Origin: Pseudomonadota bacterium
GTDB lineage: Bacteria; Myxococcota_A; Polyangia; JAAYKL01
NCBI GenBank assembly: GCA_023229365.1
Contig: JALNZK010000017.1
Coordinates: 1,393 to 65,392, forward strand
Direction: 5' to 3'
DNA: 64,000 bases
The position numbers and the translations under genes were made by a program. Shown one piece after another: positions 27,554-37,132 of this stretch (position 1 is its first letter; the number at the start of each line of letters is the position of its first letter). The notes beneath the pieces are model-generated. The model saw nothing but the letters and a program-made list of their open reading frames with translations, did no database searches and was not told where the DNA came from.

Positions 27554-28579
27554 TCAGTTCCCCGCCTGCGGCGCCCCGCGATCGCCGGCGACCATGACCG
27601 TCCTGAACCGCGCGCGGCCGCCCGACAGCTCGACGATCTGGGCCATGCCCACGGATCGGCCGCCGCCCACGAGCGACACGGGGACCGCTCCCGCGCTGCC
27701 CACCTGCAGGAGCATGGAGTCCTGCCACACGCCCTGGCCGAGCGGCGTCGCGCCGCCCGCGAGCGTCGCGCTCCCGCCGGACTCGTACACGTGCCCGAAG
27801 AGGCCGAAGCGGATCCCCTTGGCGCCGAGCATCGCCGCCAGCGCCGGATCGCCGATGTTGACCCCGCCGCGCCCGCGGTCCGCGGCGCCCACGCCGGCCC
27901 CGCGCGGCGGAGAGGCGGAGAGGAGCACGTTCACGCGATCCCGGTCCGCGAGCCCGGCGACGTCGTCGAGATCACCGGCCTCGTAGGCGCAGCCGCGGTC
28001 CTTGGCCTCGAGGTAGAACGCGTTCGTGTACCCCGGCAGGCTGACGAGCGTCACGTGCCCGATCCGCACGCGGCGCACCGCGGTCATGTCGACGAGCTGC
28101 GGGTGCCCCTTGTGCAGCCGCTTGAACACCGCCTTGAGCACGTCGTAGCTCTCCCCCGCGCCCGGGCTGACGAGCACCGGGATCGGCGCCGCCGCGAGCG
28201 CCAGGAGGTTCCGCTCGACGTCCGCCTCCGTGAGCCCCACGCCGCCCGCCACCGCGATCGCCTGCACGCCCGCGGCCCGGAACCTGTCGAGGAGGTACGA
28301 CGCGTTGGCCAGGGTCGCCGGGATCGGCTCGTCGAGCCCCGCGAGGACGCCGAGCACGACCGTCCCGCCGCCGGTCCCCTTGATCTTCAGGTCGTAGCCG
28401 TCGCGCTCGAGCGTCAGAGGCGGCAGCCGGAAGCTCTCCTCGACGCCGTCGTCCCGCGCCGGCGCGCACCGGAGGTACGGCCCGCCCTTCTGCTCCCCCG
28501 AGCCCGGCGCGCCGTCCGAGCACGAAGCGACGACCGCCGCGGCGGCGAGCAGCAAGATGCGTGGGGTCGATCCGAACAT
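27554..28579 (-). CDS. lipoprotein, possibly calcineurin-like metallophosphoesterase
   Basis: Lipobox VVASC. GH-containing segments (FGLFGHVYESGG). The family assignment is weak. Confidence 0.35.
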   Translation of the reverse strand: MFGSTPRILLLAAAAVVASCSDGAPGSGEQKGGPYLRCAPARDDGVEESFRLPPLTLERDGYDLKIKGTGGGTVVLGVLAGLDEPIPATLANASYLLDRFRAAGVQAIAVAGGVGLTEADVERNLLALAAAPIPVLVSPGAGESYDVLKAVFKRLHKGHPQLVDMTAVRRVRIGHVTLVSLPGYTNAFYLEAKDRGCAYEAGDLDDVAGLADRDRVNVLLSASPPRGAGVGAADRGRGGVNIGDPALAAMLGAKGIRFGLFGHVYESGGSATLAGGATPLGQGVWQDSMLLQVGSAGAVPVSLVGGGRSVGMAQIVELSGGRARFRTVMVAGDRGAPQAGN

Positions 28580-28642
28580 GGGCGGAGCATATGCCGGGTG
28601 CCCGACGCTGACAACGGCGTTCGAGCCGTCGCGTTCGAGCCG

Positions 28643-29362
28643 TCAGCCGCGCCGCACCTGGACGTCTAGCACGGTCGCGTCCCCCTCGGTGCCCTGGATC
28701 GCGAACGTCAGGATCGGCAGCCCGAGCTGGACGATTCGCCCGTCGGGCTTCTTGAGGAAGACATAGTCGTCGTCGATCTTCGCGACGACGCACCGGCCGA
28801 ACTGGCGGTGGTTGACGATGTCGCCGCGCTTCGGGACGACCGCGGGCGGGCCGTCGTCCCACACCCCGGCCGCCGCGCCCCTCTCGAGCCGCTTGGACTC
28901 GGCGAGCGCCTCGGCCCACTTCTCGCCGAGCACCATCTTCTCGACGCGCGCGGGCGCGGGCTCCCGCGGAGGCGGGGCGGGTGTCGCCGGAGCGGGTGTC
29001 GCCGGGGCCGCGAGCGCGGCCAAGGGCTCGATGCGCAGCTCCAGGAAGCTCCCCACGGCGCGCGCGAGGCGTCCGCCGAGCACCTCGAGGCCGGCGTCGG
29101 TGTGCCGTGACAGGGTGACGACGAACTCGGCGACGTCGCGCTCGCCGACCCGCCGGATCCTCCCTTTCAGATCGAGCAGATCGAAGGGCCCGACGAGCCG
29201 CGCAACGCCTTCCCCCCTCTGCAGCTCGACCCACTCGAGCTCCCCGAACCCGCTGACGTCCGCAAACGCGAGCCCCGCGCGCCGCGCCGCCTCGAGCACG
29301 GCGTCCGGCAACGCGACGCCGCCCTCCAGGCGGATCGCGAGCGGCTCTCCCATGCGCGTCAT
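28643..29362 (-). CDS. hypothetical protein, N-terminal PPC/DUF296-like fold
   Basis: Start chosen at MTRMGEP to avoid overlap with the upstream gene. Alternative start at 29398. Confidence 0.35.
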   Translation of the reverse strand: MTRMGEPLAIRLEGGVALPDAVLEAARRAGLAFADVSGFGELEWVELQRGEGVARLVGPFDLLDLKGRIRRVGERDVAEFVVTLSRHTDAGLEVLGGRLARAVGSFLELRIEPLAALAAPATPAPATPAPPPREPAPARVEKMVLGEKWAEALAESKRLERGAAAGVWDDGPPAVVPKRGDIVNHRQFGRCVVAKIDDDYVFLKKPDGRIVQLGLPILTFAIQGTEGDATVLDVQVRRG

Positions 29363-29372
29363 GGGGAGTTCT

Positions 29373-30482
29373 CTAGCCGCAAATCGGGGGGTTGGCAACG
29401 CCCGATACTATAGCGCCCAGCACCTCCTCCGTCCGGAACGCTTCGTACAGCTGCCCGTCGAGGGGGAAGTCCCAGCATCCGGTGCGATGGAGCAGCCTGC
29501 CGCCGAACCCGCGCTTGAACTTGGAAACCCCCATGAGAGGGTGCTCGATTGCGTCGATCGGCGACACGCCGAACATGTCGTAGATCGTGCACCCCCGCGC
29601 CTTCGCCTCGCGGATGATCTCCCACTGGATCGCGTAGGACGCCATGTGGTTTCTCCTCGCGTTCGACGACGCGCCGACGAGGTAGGTCGCCACGCTCCCG
29701 CTGAAGAGGACGATGGCGCCGGCGAGGAGCTCTGCTTCGTAGGACGCGAGGAGCATCAGGACCTCGACCCCGTCGTCGGTCCTGGGAACGGGCTCGAAGA
29801 GCGCCGTGAAATGAGGGAGTGACGCGGCGGTGAACCCGTCGCGCGCGGCGGTCTGGCGGTACAGCTCGTGGAACACCGGGACCATCGTCGACGGCGCCCG
29901 GGAGACGCTCACCCCCTTCCGGTAGGCGAGCCGGACGTTGTACCGGGTCTTGGGCTTCATCCGCGCCAGGATCTCCTCGAGGGGCAAGGAGAGATCGATC
30001 AGCAGCGTCGCGTTGGGCTGCACCTCGATCGGCGCCGCGCGCAGGTTCCAGGTCTCGGTGCCGAAGTTCATGCGCATTTCCCTGACACGCAACTCCGGCC
30101 GTTCGCTGCGGCGCCCGCCTTCGCGCGCGCCCCCGGTAGCCCCCGACAGGTACGGGCACTCCCACGGAAGATCCCAGCGGAGGAACGCCGTGCGCGGTCC
30201 GAGCCGGCGGGCGAGATCCCGCGAGAGAGACTCCAGGAACACACCGCGTGTGTCCTCGCCGGGCTCGGATTCCGGGCCAAGGGGGACGTACGCCGCAGTG
30301 ATCCCGGCGGCGATCTCGTGCTCGAACAGCAGGAGATCCCCTTCGACGCCGTGCATCGCGAAGTCGAACGCGCAGGCGCGATGCCCGAGCCTGGATTTGG
30401 TCTCGCCCCAGTAGCGGGTCTGGAACGCGATATCGGTCGGGACCAACGCCTGGATCGGCTTGGGCTCGACGACGGCGCTCAT
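29373..30482 (-). CDS. FemAB-family (aminoacyl-tRNA-dependent) peptidyltransferase-like protein
   Basis: KPKTRYNVRLAYRKGV motif typical of FemX/FemAB, with two GNAT-like halves. Starts 4 nt after the pntB stop. Confidence 0.65.
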   Translation of the reverse strand: MSAVVEPKPIQALVPTDIAFQTRYWGETKSRLGHRACAFDFAMHGVEGDLLLFEHEIAAGITAAYVPLGPESEPGEDTRGVFLESLSRDLARRLGPRTAFLRWDLPWECPYLSGATGGAREGGRRSERPELRVREMRMNFGTETWNLRAAPIEVQPNATLLIDLSLPLEEILARMKPKTRYNVRLAYRKGVSVSRAPSTMVPVFHELYRQTAARDGFTAASLPHFTALFEPVPRTDDGVEVLMLLASYEAELLAGAIVLFSGSVATYLVGASSNARRNHMASYAIQWEIIREAKARGCTIYDMFGVSPIDAIEHPLMGVSKFKRGFGGRLLHRTGCWDFPLDGQLYEAFRTEEVLGAIVSGVANPPICG

Positions 30483-30486
30483 GCCT

Positions 30487-31893
30487 TCAGCCCATCCCTT
30501 CGAGCAACGCCGTGACGGTCGCCTTCGCCTCGCCGAACAGCATGATGACGCCGGGTCGCTCGTAGAGCTGGTTCGGGACTCCGGAGTAGCCCGCCTTCTC
30601 GTTCAGGTTGCACACGACGACCTGCCGGGCCTCGTGGGCTCTCAGGATCGGCATGCCGGATATCGGAGTTCCCTGCGTCGTGGAGGCCGCCGGGTTGACC
30701 ACGTCGCACGCGCCGACGACGAGCACGACGTCCGTGTCCTTGAACCGCGGGTTGGCATCGTCCATTTCGATGAGGTCTTCGTAGGACGCCTCGGCCTCGG
30801 CCAGGAGCACGTTCATGTGACCCGGCATCCTCCCGGCCACCGGGTGCACGGCGAACCTGACCTCCGCGCCTCTGTCCGCGAGGAGCCGCGCGAGCCGAAC
30901 GACCTCGAACTGCGCCTGGCCGAGCGCCATCCCGTAGCCCGGCACGATGATCGCGGTCTTCGCTTCGCGCATGGAGCTGATCGCGCGTTCCATCGGCGAA
31001 GCTCTCTCCTCCGGCGCGCTCACGCTTTGGAGCGGCCGGGAGATCTCCGCGCCGGGCCGCTTCGCGGCGCTCGAAGGCGCCGACCCGAGGCCCTTGAACA
31101 CGTTGAGCAGGCTTCGGTTCATCGCGCGGCACATCATGTGCGTCAGGATGGAACCGGATGCCGCAACGGTGGCGCCGAACGCGACGAGCAGCTGGCTCTC
31201 GATGATCACGCCGCAGAACGCCGCTGCGAGGCCGGCGGAGGCGTTCAGGAACGAGATGAGCACGGGCATGTCCGCGCCGCCGACCCGGATCGCGATGCCC
31301 CACCCGAAGACGGCGGCCAGGCCTATCAGGACGAGCGTCCCGGGGAGCGCCACCCCGGGCCCGCCGCTGACGACGAAGGCGCCCGCGCCTATCGAGCCCG
31401 CGACCAGCACGAGGAGGAACGGGTTGTGGCCGACCAGCACTGTGGGCTGCTGGCGCAGTTTTCCGAAAAGCTTGCCGCTCGCGATGACGCTGCCCGCGAA
31501 TGTCGCCGCGCCGATGAACGCGCCGACGACACCCGCGACCTTCGCGACGCTCGGACCGCTCGCGTCGATCCTCTGGAGCTCGATGAAGGAGATGAGGAAC
31601 GCCGCGACTCCTCCCGCGCCGTGCTGGAACGCGACGAGCCCGGGGATCTGGATCATGCTCACCCGCTTGGCGACGATCAGCCCCGCGACCGATCCGATCG
31701 AGGTCGCGACGAGGACGACGATCCACGTCTCCAGCCCGTCCCGCAGCAGCACGGCGGCGACCGCCAGCGCGAGCGCCAGGGCGGCGAGGAGGTTCCCTCC
31801 CCGCGCCGTACGGACAGAGGTGAACCGCGCGATGCCCACGATCAGGATGCCGATGATCCCGAAGTCGAACACGATAGGAGGCAGGTCGTGCAT
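30487..31893 (-). CDS. pntB: NAD(P) transhydrogenase subunit beta
   Basis: Multi-TM N-terminal domain plus a C-terminal NADP(H) domain (GYGMA..., VVGACDVVNP). Confidence 0.9.
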   Translation of the reverse strand: MHDLPPIVFDFGIIGILIVGIARFTSVRTARGGNLLAALALALAVAAVLLRDGLETWIVVLVATSIGSVAGLIVAKRVSMIQIPGLVAFQHGAGGVAAFLISFIELQRIDASGPSVAKVAGVVGAFIGAATFAGSVIASGKLFGKLRQQPTVLVGHNPFLLVLVAGSIGAGAFVVSGGPGVALPGTLVLIGLAAVFGWGIAIRVGGADMPVLISFLNASAGLAAAFCGVIIESQLLVAFGATVAASGSILTHMMCRAMNRSLLNVFKGLGSAPSSAAKRPGAEISRPLQSVSAPEERASPMERAISSMREAKTAIIVPGYGMALGQAQFEVVRLARLLADRGAEVRFAVHPVAGRMPGHMNVLLAEAEASYEDLIEMDDANPRFKDTDVVLVVGACDVVNPAASTTQGTPISGMPILRAHEARQVVVCNLNEKAGYSGVPNQLYERPGVIMLFGEAKATVTALLEGMG

Positions 31894-31899
31894 GTTCGG

Positions 31900-32178
31900 C
31901 TACCTCCGCTTGAAGAGCCGCAGCATCCGATCCGTGATCGCGAAGCCGCCGACAACGTTGAAGGAGGCCATCATGAGCGCCACCGCGCCGATCGCGGTCT
32001 CCGAGGCGCTGGTCGCGGTCGCGAACAGCAGGAGGCCGCCGAGGATCGTGATCGCCGAGATCGCGTTGGTCATGGACATGAGCGGGGTGTGCAGCATCTG
32101 CGGCACGCGCGAGATGAGCACGTAGCCGACCACGAGCGAGCCCGCGAACACGCCGAGGAGGATGAGCAGCTCGGTCAT
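31900..32178 (-). CDS. pntA: NAD(P) transhydrogenase subunit alpha part 2
   Basis: 92-aa 3-TM protein MTELLILLGVFAG... positioned between pntAA and pntB. Confidence 0.85.
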   Translation of the reverse strand: MTELLILLGVFAGSLVVGYVLISRVPQMLHTPLMSMTNAISAITILGGLLLFATATSASETAIGAVALMMASFNVVGGFAITDRMLRLFKRR

Positions 32179-32209
32179 CGATCCCTCCGCGCCGAACCGT
32201 CGGCGAAGC

Positions 32210-33370
32210 TCATTGCAGCCCCATCGCCTTGCGCGTGCCGACGTGCAGGATCCGGCCCTCCCGGGTCACGAGCGAGGCGCGCACGATGTCGTCGTCCCAG
32301 TCGATCTTGCCCAAGCCGTTCTTGAACAGGTTTTCGATGTAGTAGAGCATGTTGGTCGCGTACATCTGCGTCGAGTGCACGGAGACGCTGCCGGGGATGT
32401 TCTGCGTTCCGCAGACCGTCACGCCGTCGACGTCGATCACGGAGCCGGCCCGGGTCGCCCCGCAGTTGCCACCCTGATCGATTGCGACGTCGACCACGAC
32501 CGAGCCGGGCCGCATCTCGCGGATCATCTCCTTCGTCACCAGCACCGGGGCGACCTCCCCGGGCACGAGCGCGCTGAGCACCACGATGTCTGCTTCACGG
32601 AGGAACGGGCGCAGCGCCGCCCGCTCCTCCTCGATCAGCATAGGCGGCAGCGCGAGGGCGTACCCTCCCGGGCCCTGGGCGACCTCCTCGGGCACGACGA
32701 AGCCGCCGACCTTGGCGCCGAGGCTCTTTCCCTCGTCCCGCGCCGTCGGGCGGATGTCGAAACCCGTGCCCGTTCCGCCGAGGCGCTTGATGGTGGCGAG
32801 CGCCTGCAACCCGACGACGCCGATTCCCACGACGAGGCAGCTCGCCGGCTTGAGCGTCCCGATCGCGGTTCCCATCATCGGCACGAAGCGCGGAAGCCGA
32901 CAGGCGGCGTCGAGCACGGACTTGTACCCCGTGATCGTGCTCATGGAGGTGAGGGCGTCCATCTTCTGCGCCCTGGAGATGCGCGGGATGCCGTCCATCG
33001 TGAACGAGATCACGTTCCGCTTGCGCAGCATCTCGACGTTCGCGTGGCTCGACGGGTTCGCGGGATGGAGGAACGTGATGAGGATCCCTCCCTCGCGAAT
33101 CATCTCGGCCTCTTCGCGCTTGAGCTTCTCGTTGAAGCACGGCTGCTTCACCTTGATGACGACGTCCGCCTCGCGGAAGATCTTCTCGGGATCATCGACG
33201 ACCTCGGCTCCGGCCGCCCGATAGTCTTCGTCCGATGCGTAGATCCCGTCCCCTGCGCCGCTCTCCACGACGACCGAGTAGCCCTTCTTCTTCAGGGAGC
33301 CGACGGTCGCCGGTGTGGCGGCAACACGCTTCTCGCCATGCAGTATCTCTTTCGGTATTCCAATCAGCAT
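32210..33370 (-). CDS. pntA: NAD(P) transhydrogenase subunit alpha part 1
   Basis: MLIGIPKE start, alanine-dehydrogenase/PNT N- and C-domains, GVVGLQA Rossmann motif. GGAG Shine-Dalgarno before the ATG at 33370. Confidence 0.85.
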   Translation of the reverse strand: MLIGIPKEILHGEKRVAATPATVGSLKKKGYSVVVESGAGDGIYASDEDYRAAGAEVVDDPEKIFREADVVIKVKQPCFNEKLKREEAEMIREGGILITFLHPANPSSHANVEMLRKRNVISFTMDGIPRISRAQKMDALTSMSTITGYKSVLDAACRLPRFVPMMGTAIGTLKPASCLVVGIGVVGLQALATIKRLGGTGTGFDIRPTARDEGKSLGAKVGGFVVPEEVAQGPGGYALALPPMLIEEERAALRPFLREADIVVLSALVPGEVAPVLVTKEMIREMRPGSVVVDVAIDQGGNCGATRAGSVIDVDGVTVCGTQNIPGSVSVHSTQMYATNMLYYIENLFKNGLGKIDWDDDIVRASLVTREGRILHVGTRKAMGLQ

Positions 33371-33425
33371 TCTGTTCTCCACTTTCGCTTGAGAGCCGAG
33401 CGCTCCGCGGCCCGATCGTCAGTCG

Positions 33426-33866
33426 CTACTTTCCAGGGCTCTTGTTGCCGCTCTTGATCGCCTCCAACGCCGCTTCGACGGCTTCGACGACGACAGGGGG
33501 GCCCGGCGTCTTCGCGACGTCCGACATCGCCGCTACGACGCGCTCGATATCGAGATCGGCCGGCTGCGCCGGTGCCACGCGTCGAGGCACGAGATGTCCG
33601 AGGGCTTCGGCTGCGAGCACGCGATGGGGAGTGATCGCCTCGCGGGAAACGAGTATCGCGAGCACGTCTGCGATGAGCACGTCCGAGGCTTGCGTGATCT
33701 CCTTCGCCGCCGACAAGGCAGCCCAGCTCAACCGCGGGTTGTAGGGATACCGCAGGAGTCGCGCCAGCGCGGGCTGGTGGTCGTCCAGCATCTTCTTCTT
33801 TTTGAGCTCTTCCATGGTTTCCAGGACGAGACCCCAATTCTCGAGACTGCCAAAAGCGTCGGCCAT
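33426..33866 (-). CDS. hypothetical protein
   Basis: High GC3 and a clean start. No recognisable motif. Confidence 0.35.
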   Translation of the reverse strand: MADAFGSLENWGLVLETMEELKKKKMLDDHQPALARLLRYPYNPRLSWAALSAAKEITQASDVLIADVLAILVSREAITPHRVLAAEALGHLVPRRVAPAQPADLDIERVVAAMSDVAKTPGPPVVVEAVEAALEAIKSGNKSPGK

Positions 33867-34007
33867 TCCGGACCTCCTTCCGTGATCGGCACGCGGCCAC
33901 GAAGCGACAGTAGGCGGATGACCAGAGGGCCCACAATCGGGCGCCGGATGGTTTTGGGTGCTCCAAACACTGATTTCGAGGTGCGCGGAAGGAGGACGGG
34001 AAGGGGC

Positions 34008-34661
34008 TCAGTGGTTCAGCGCGGTGATGCCTTCCCGGATGGCGTACTTCGTCAGCTCGGCAACGCTGTGGAGATCGAGCTTCTCCATGACCGCCCTGCG
34101 ATGACTCTCCACCGTCTTGACGCTGATGTGCAGTGTCCGCCCGATATCGCGCGCGGATTTCCCCTCGGCGAGAAGCTGCAGGATCTCGCGTTCGCGCGTC
34201 GAGAGCTGCGGACCTGCCAGATGCACATCGTCGCCCTTCGCGCGGGTGAACGCCTCGATGACGATCTCGGTGATCTCCGGACTCAGGTACACCTTCCCGC
34301 CGATCGCCGTCCGAATGGCCCGCGCGAGCTCCTCGGCCGCGCACTCCTTGACCAGATACCCGGCGGCGCCGGCGGTGAGCATCCCCTCCACGAAACGGCG
34401 ATCCGTGTGCATCGACAGAGCGATGACCTTGGTGCCGGGATGATCCTTGAGAATCATCCTGGTAGCCTCGATGCCGTTGAGCCCGGGCATGGCGATGTCG
34501 ATGACGACGACGTCCGGTCTCAACCCGGTCGCGAGGCGCACTGCGTCGCGTCCGTCGATCGCCGTCCCAACGACCTCCATGTCGGGCTCCTTCTCGATGA
34601 CCGCCCGTAGGCCCTCGCAGAAGATCTTGTGGTCATCGACGAGCAGGATCCGCACCTTCAT
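34008..34661 (-). CDS. LuxR/NarL-family response regulator (REC + HTH)
   Basis: MKVRILLVDDH, D57-equivalent and LSTREREILQLLAEGKSARDIG HTH. GAGAGGAG Shine-Dalgarno. ATGA overlap with the HK stop. Confidence 0.85.
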   Translation of the reverse strand: MKVRILLVDDHKIFCEGLRAVIEKEPDMEVVGTAIDGRDAVRLATGLRPDVVVIDIAMPGLNGIEATRMILKDHPGTKVIALSMHTDRRFVEGMLTAGAAGYLVKECAAEELARAIRTAIGGKVYLSPEITEIVIEAFTRAKGDDVHLAGPQLSTREREILQLLAEGKSARDIGRTLHISVKTVESHRRAVMEKLDLHSVAELTKYAIREGITALNH

Positions 34662-35785
34662 CGCTCCTCTCTCTTCTCTCTCCGTCCGGAAGATCGCGGG
34701 GAGTACTGCAGGACTACGGACGTCCCGCGCCCGGTCGCGGAGTCGATGTGCACTGAGCCGCCCAGATGCTCGAACCGCTCGCGGATGCTGAAGATGCCGT
34801 AGTTGCCTTCCTTGAGCGCGCGCTCCTTTGCCGCGGCGACGTCGAAGCCGACCCCGTCGTCCCGGACGACGAGGGCCAGGGTGTCTCCGTCCCAGCTCAT
34901 CTTGACCTCGACGTGATTCGCCCGAGCATGGCGTCCCACGTTGTTCAGAAGCTCCCGGCACGCCTGGAAGATCGCGGAAGCCGCATCGTCTTCCAGGTCG
35001 GGAAGCGGATCGGATTCCAACGCGATGTCGAACGCGTAACTCTTGCGGGCCTGCTCGGCTGCCCATTCGACGGCACCGCCGAGACCGACCTCGTACAGGA
35101 TCGGCGGGCTGATGTCGAAGATGAGTGAGCGCGTGTCGCGGATGGCCTGCTTGAGCAGCGTTCCCGTCTCGTTGAGGAGATCCTTCGGCCTCGCCGGCAT
35201 GTCGGACGCGAGCGCCAAGACAAGGTTGATCCGCGCCGAGGCGAGCGTCTGCCCCACGCGATCGTGCAGAACCGTTGCGATGTCCCGGCGCGCCCGCTCC
35301 TCGGTGCGCGTGATCTGCCACGCCAGGGATCGGAGCTGCTCCTGATAGACGCTCAGCTTCTGCGCCGCGCGCTGTCGCTCGACGATCTCTCCGACGCGCT
35401 GTGCGAGGACGTTCAGGAGGTTGCGCTCCTCGTTGAGGAACGGGCCTTCGTCGGCATCCGGCCGCTTCTCCCGATAGCAGACGATCAGCCGGCCCACCAT
35501 CGCGCCCTCGGCGATCACCATCGCCTCCTGCATCCACTTCGTCTCGACGTAGTCCGGAGTCTGGTAGCTCCTCCCCTCGACGACCAGCCGAGCGCACACG
35601 ACGTCTGTGTACTGCCACGCGGCGGGGATGATCGTCACGACTCGCCCGAGGACCTCCTCGAGATCGAAATCCCGGTGATCTGTCAACCGCCCGATTGTGT
35701 ACAGGCAGTGGAGTTCCTTGATCCGCTCCGCGAGCGCGCGGCCGGTATCGCGAGCGCGGCTTCTCGACTTCGTCATCGCCGACAT
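34658..35785 (-). CDS. cytoplasmic sensor histidine kinase (HisKA_3 + HATPase), no TM segment
   Basis: H-box LHDRVGQTL. N and G boxes (NNVGRHA, DDGVGF). N-terminal 110-aa uncharacterised sensor domain. Confidence 0.8.
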   Translation of the reverse strand: MSAMTKSRSRARDTGRALAERIKELHCLYTIGRLTDHRDFDLEEVLGRVVTIIPAAWQYTDVVCARLVVEGRSYQTPDYVETKWMQEAMVIAEGAMVGRLIVCYREKRPDADEGPFLNEERNLLNVLAQRVGEIVERQRAAQKLSVYQEQLRSLAWQITRTEERARRDIATVLHDRVGQTLASARINLVLALASDMPARPKDLLNETGTLLKQAIRDTRSLIFDISPPILYEVGLGGAVEWAAEQARKSYAFDIALESDPLPDLEDDAASAIFQACRELLNNVGRHARANHVEVKMSWDGDTLALVVRDDGVGFDVAAAKERALKEGNYGIFSIRERFEHLGGSVHIDSATGRGTSVVLQYSPRSSGRREKREER

Positions 35786-35900
35786 CGACCTTCACGCTCT
35801 CCTCGCTGATTCGTTGATTATGCACTGCCCGCGTCAGAAGCGGCAAGATCGACGGTGAGCGCTCGGGACGACGCGGCGACTACCGCGGGGGAGGAGGGGC

Positions 35901-37016
35901 CTACTTCAGCAGGTCCTCGACGGGCGTGAGCTTCATCTTGAAGGTCTCGGCGACCGCCTGGCACGTGAGCTTGCCGTCGCAGACGTTGAGGCCGGTACGG
36001 ACCGTCTTGTCCTCTTGGCAGGCTCGCTTCCATCCCTTGTTCGCGATGTCGACCGCGTAGCTCATCGTGGCGTTCGTCAGGGCGAACGTCGACGTCCGCG
36101 GCACGCAGCCCGGCATGTTCGCGACGCAGTAGTGGATGATCCCGTCGACCTCGAAGATCGGCTCGGCGTGGGTCGTGGGGTGCGACGTCTCGAAGCAGCC
36201 GCCCTGGTCGATCGCCACGTCGACGATGACCGCGCCGGGCTTCATGAGCTTGAGCATGTCGCGGGTGATGACCCACGGGGCCTTGGCGCCGACGACGAGG
36301 ATGCCGCCGACGACGACGTCCGCGCTCGCGAGCACCTTGCGCAGGTTCCAGGGGTTCGACTTCACCGTGTGCAGCCGGCCCTGGTAGATCTCGTCGAGCT
36401 GGCGGAGGCGGGGCGTATAGATGTCCATGATGGTGACCTTCGCGCCCATGCCCACCGCGATCTGCGCCGCGTTCGTCCCGACGACGCCCGCGCCGATGAC
36501 GAGGACGTGCGCCGGCTCGACGCCGGGCACGCCGCCGAGGAGCTGTCCGCGGCCGCCGAAAGCGCGCTCGAGATACTTGGCGCCCTCCTGCACCGCGAGG
36601 CGGCCCGCGACCTCGCTCATCGGGATGAGCAGCGGCACGCGGCCGTTCGGATCCAGCATCGTCTCGTAGGCGATGCCCACGCACCCGGTCTCGAGGATGC
36701 GCTTGGTGAGCTTCTCGTCGCCGGCGAGGTGCAGGTAGGTGAACAGGATCTGGTTCTTCCTGAGCATCTTGAGCTCGGGCTCGAGCGGCTCCTTCACCTT
36801 GATGATCATCTCGGATTTCTCGAAGATCTCCGCGGCCGTGCCGAGCATCTTCGCGCCGACCGAGGTGTACTCCGAGTCGGCGAGGCCGCTGCCGACGCCG
36901 GCGTCCTTCTCGACGAACACCGTGTGCCCCTCGTGAACGAGGAGCTCGACGCCCGCGGGCGTCATGCCCACGCGATACTCGTGGTTCTTGATCTCTCTTG
37001 GAATTCCGATGATCAT
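35901..37016 (-). CDS. ald: alanine dehydrogenase
   Basis: MIIGIPREIKNHEYRVG N-terminus, VIGAGVVG Rossmann motif. GGAGG Shine-Dalgarno 5 nt before the ATG. Confidence 0.9.
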   Translation of the reverse strand: MIIGIPREIKNHEYRVGMTPAGVELLVHEGHTVFVEKDAGVGSGLADSEYTSVGAKMLGTAAEIFEKSEMIIKVKEPLEPELKMLRKNQILFTYLHLAGDEKLTKRILETGCVGIAYETMLDPNGRVPLLIPMSEVAGRLAVQEGAKYLERAFGGRGQLLGGVPGVEPAHVLVIGAGVVGTNAAQIAVGMGAKVTIMDIYTPRLRQLDEIYQGRLHTVKSNPWNLRKVLASADVVVGGILVVGAKAPWVITRDMLKLMKPGAVIVDVAIDQGGCFETSHPTTHAEPIFEVDGIIHYCVANMPGCVPRTSTFALTNATMSYAVDIANKGWKRACQEDKTVRTGLNVCDGKLTCQAVAETFKMKLTPVEDLLK

Positions 37017-37132
37017 TTTTGCCTCCAGCGTTCGATGGGGTTGGTCCAAAAAGATCGTGGGCCAAGCCAGACTGCCACTTGGCTAACGCGCCCGATTTTC
37101 TTTGTCAAGAACGGTCGGGAGACGGCCGGCGG

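Noticed and set aside
23523-27728. Single 1401-aa ORF
   Set aside because: This open frame runs beyond the kinase start. The real upstream gene (ZnR membrane protein) is in another frame with its stop at 25586, and the kinase has its own TTG plus GGAG start at 25565.
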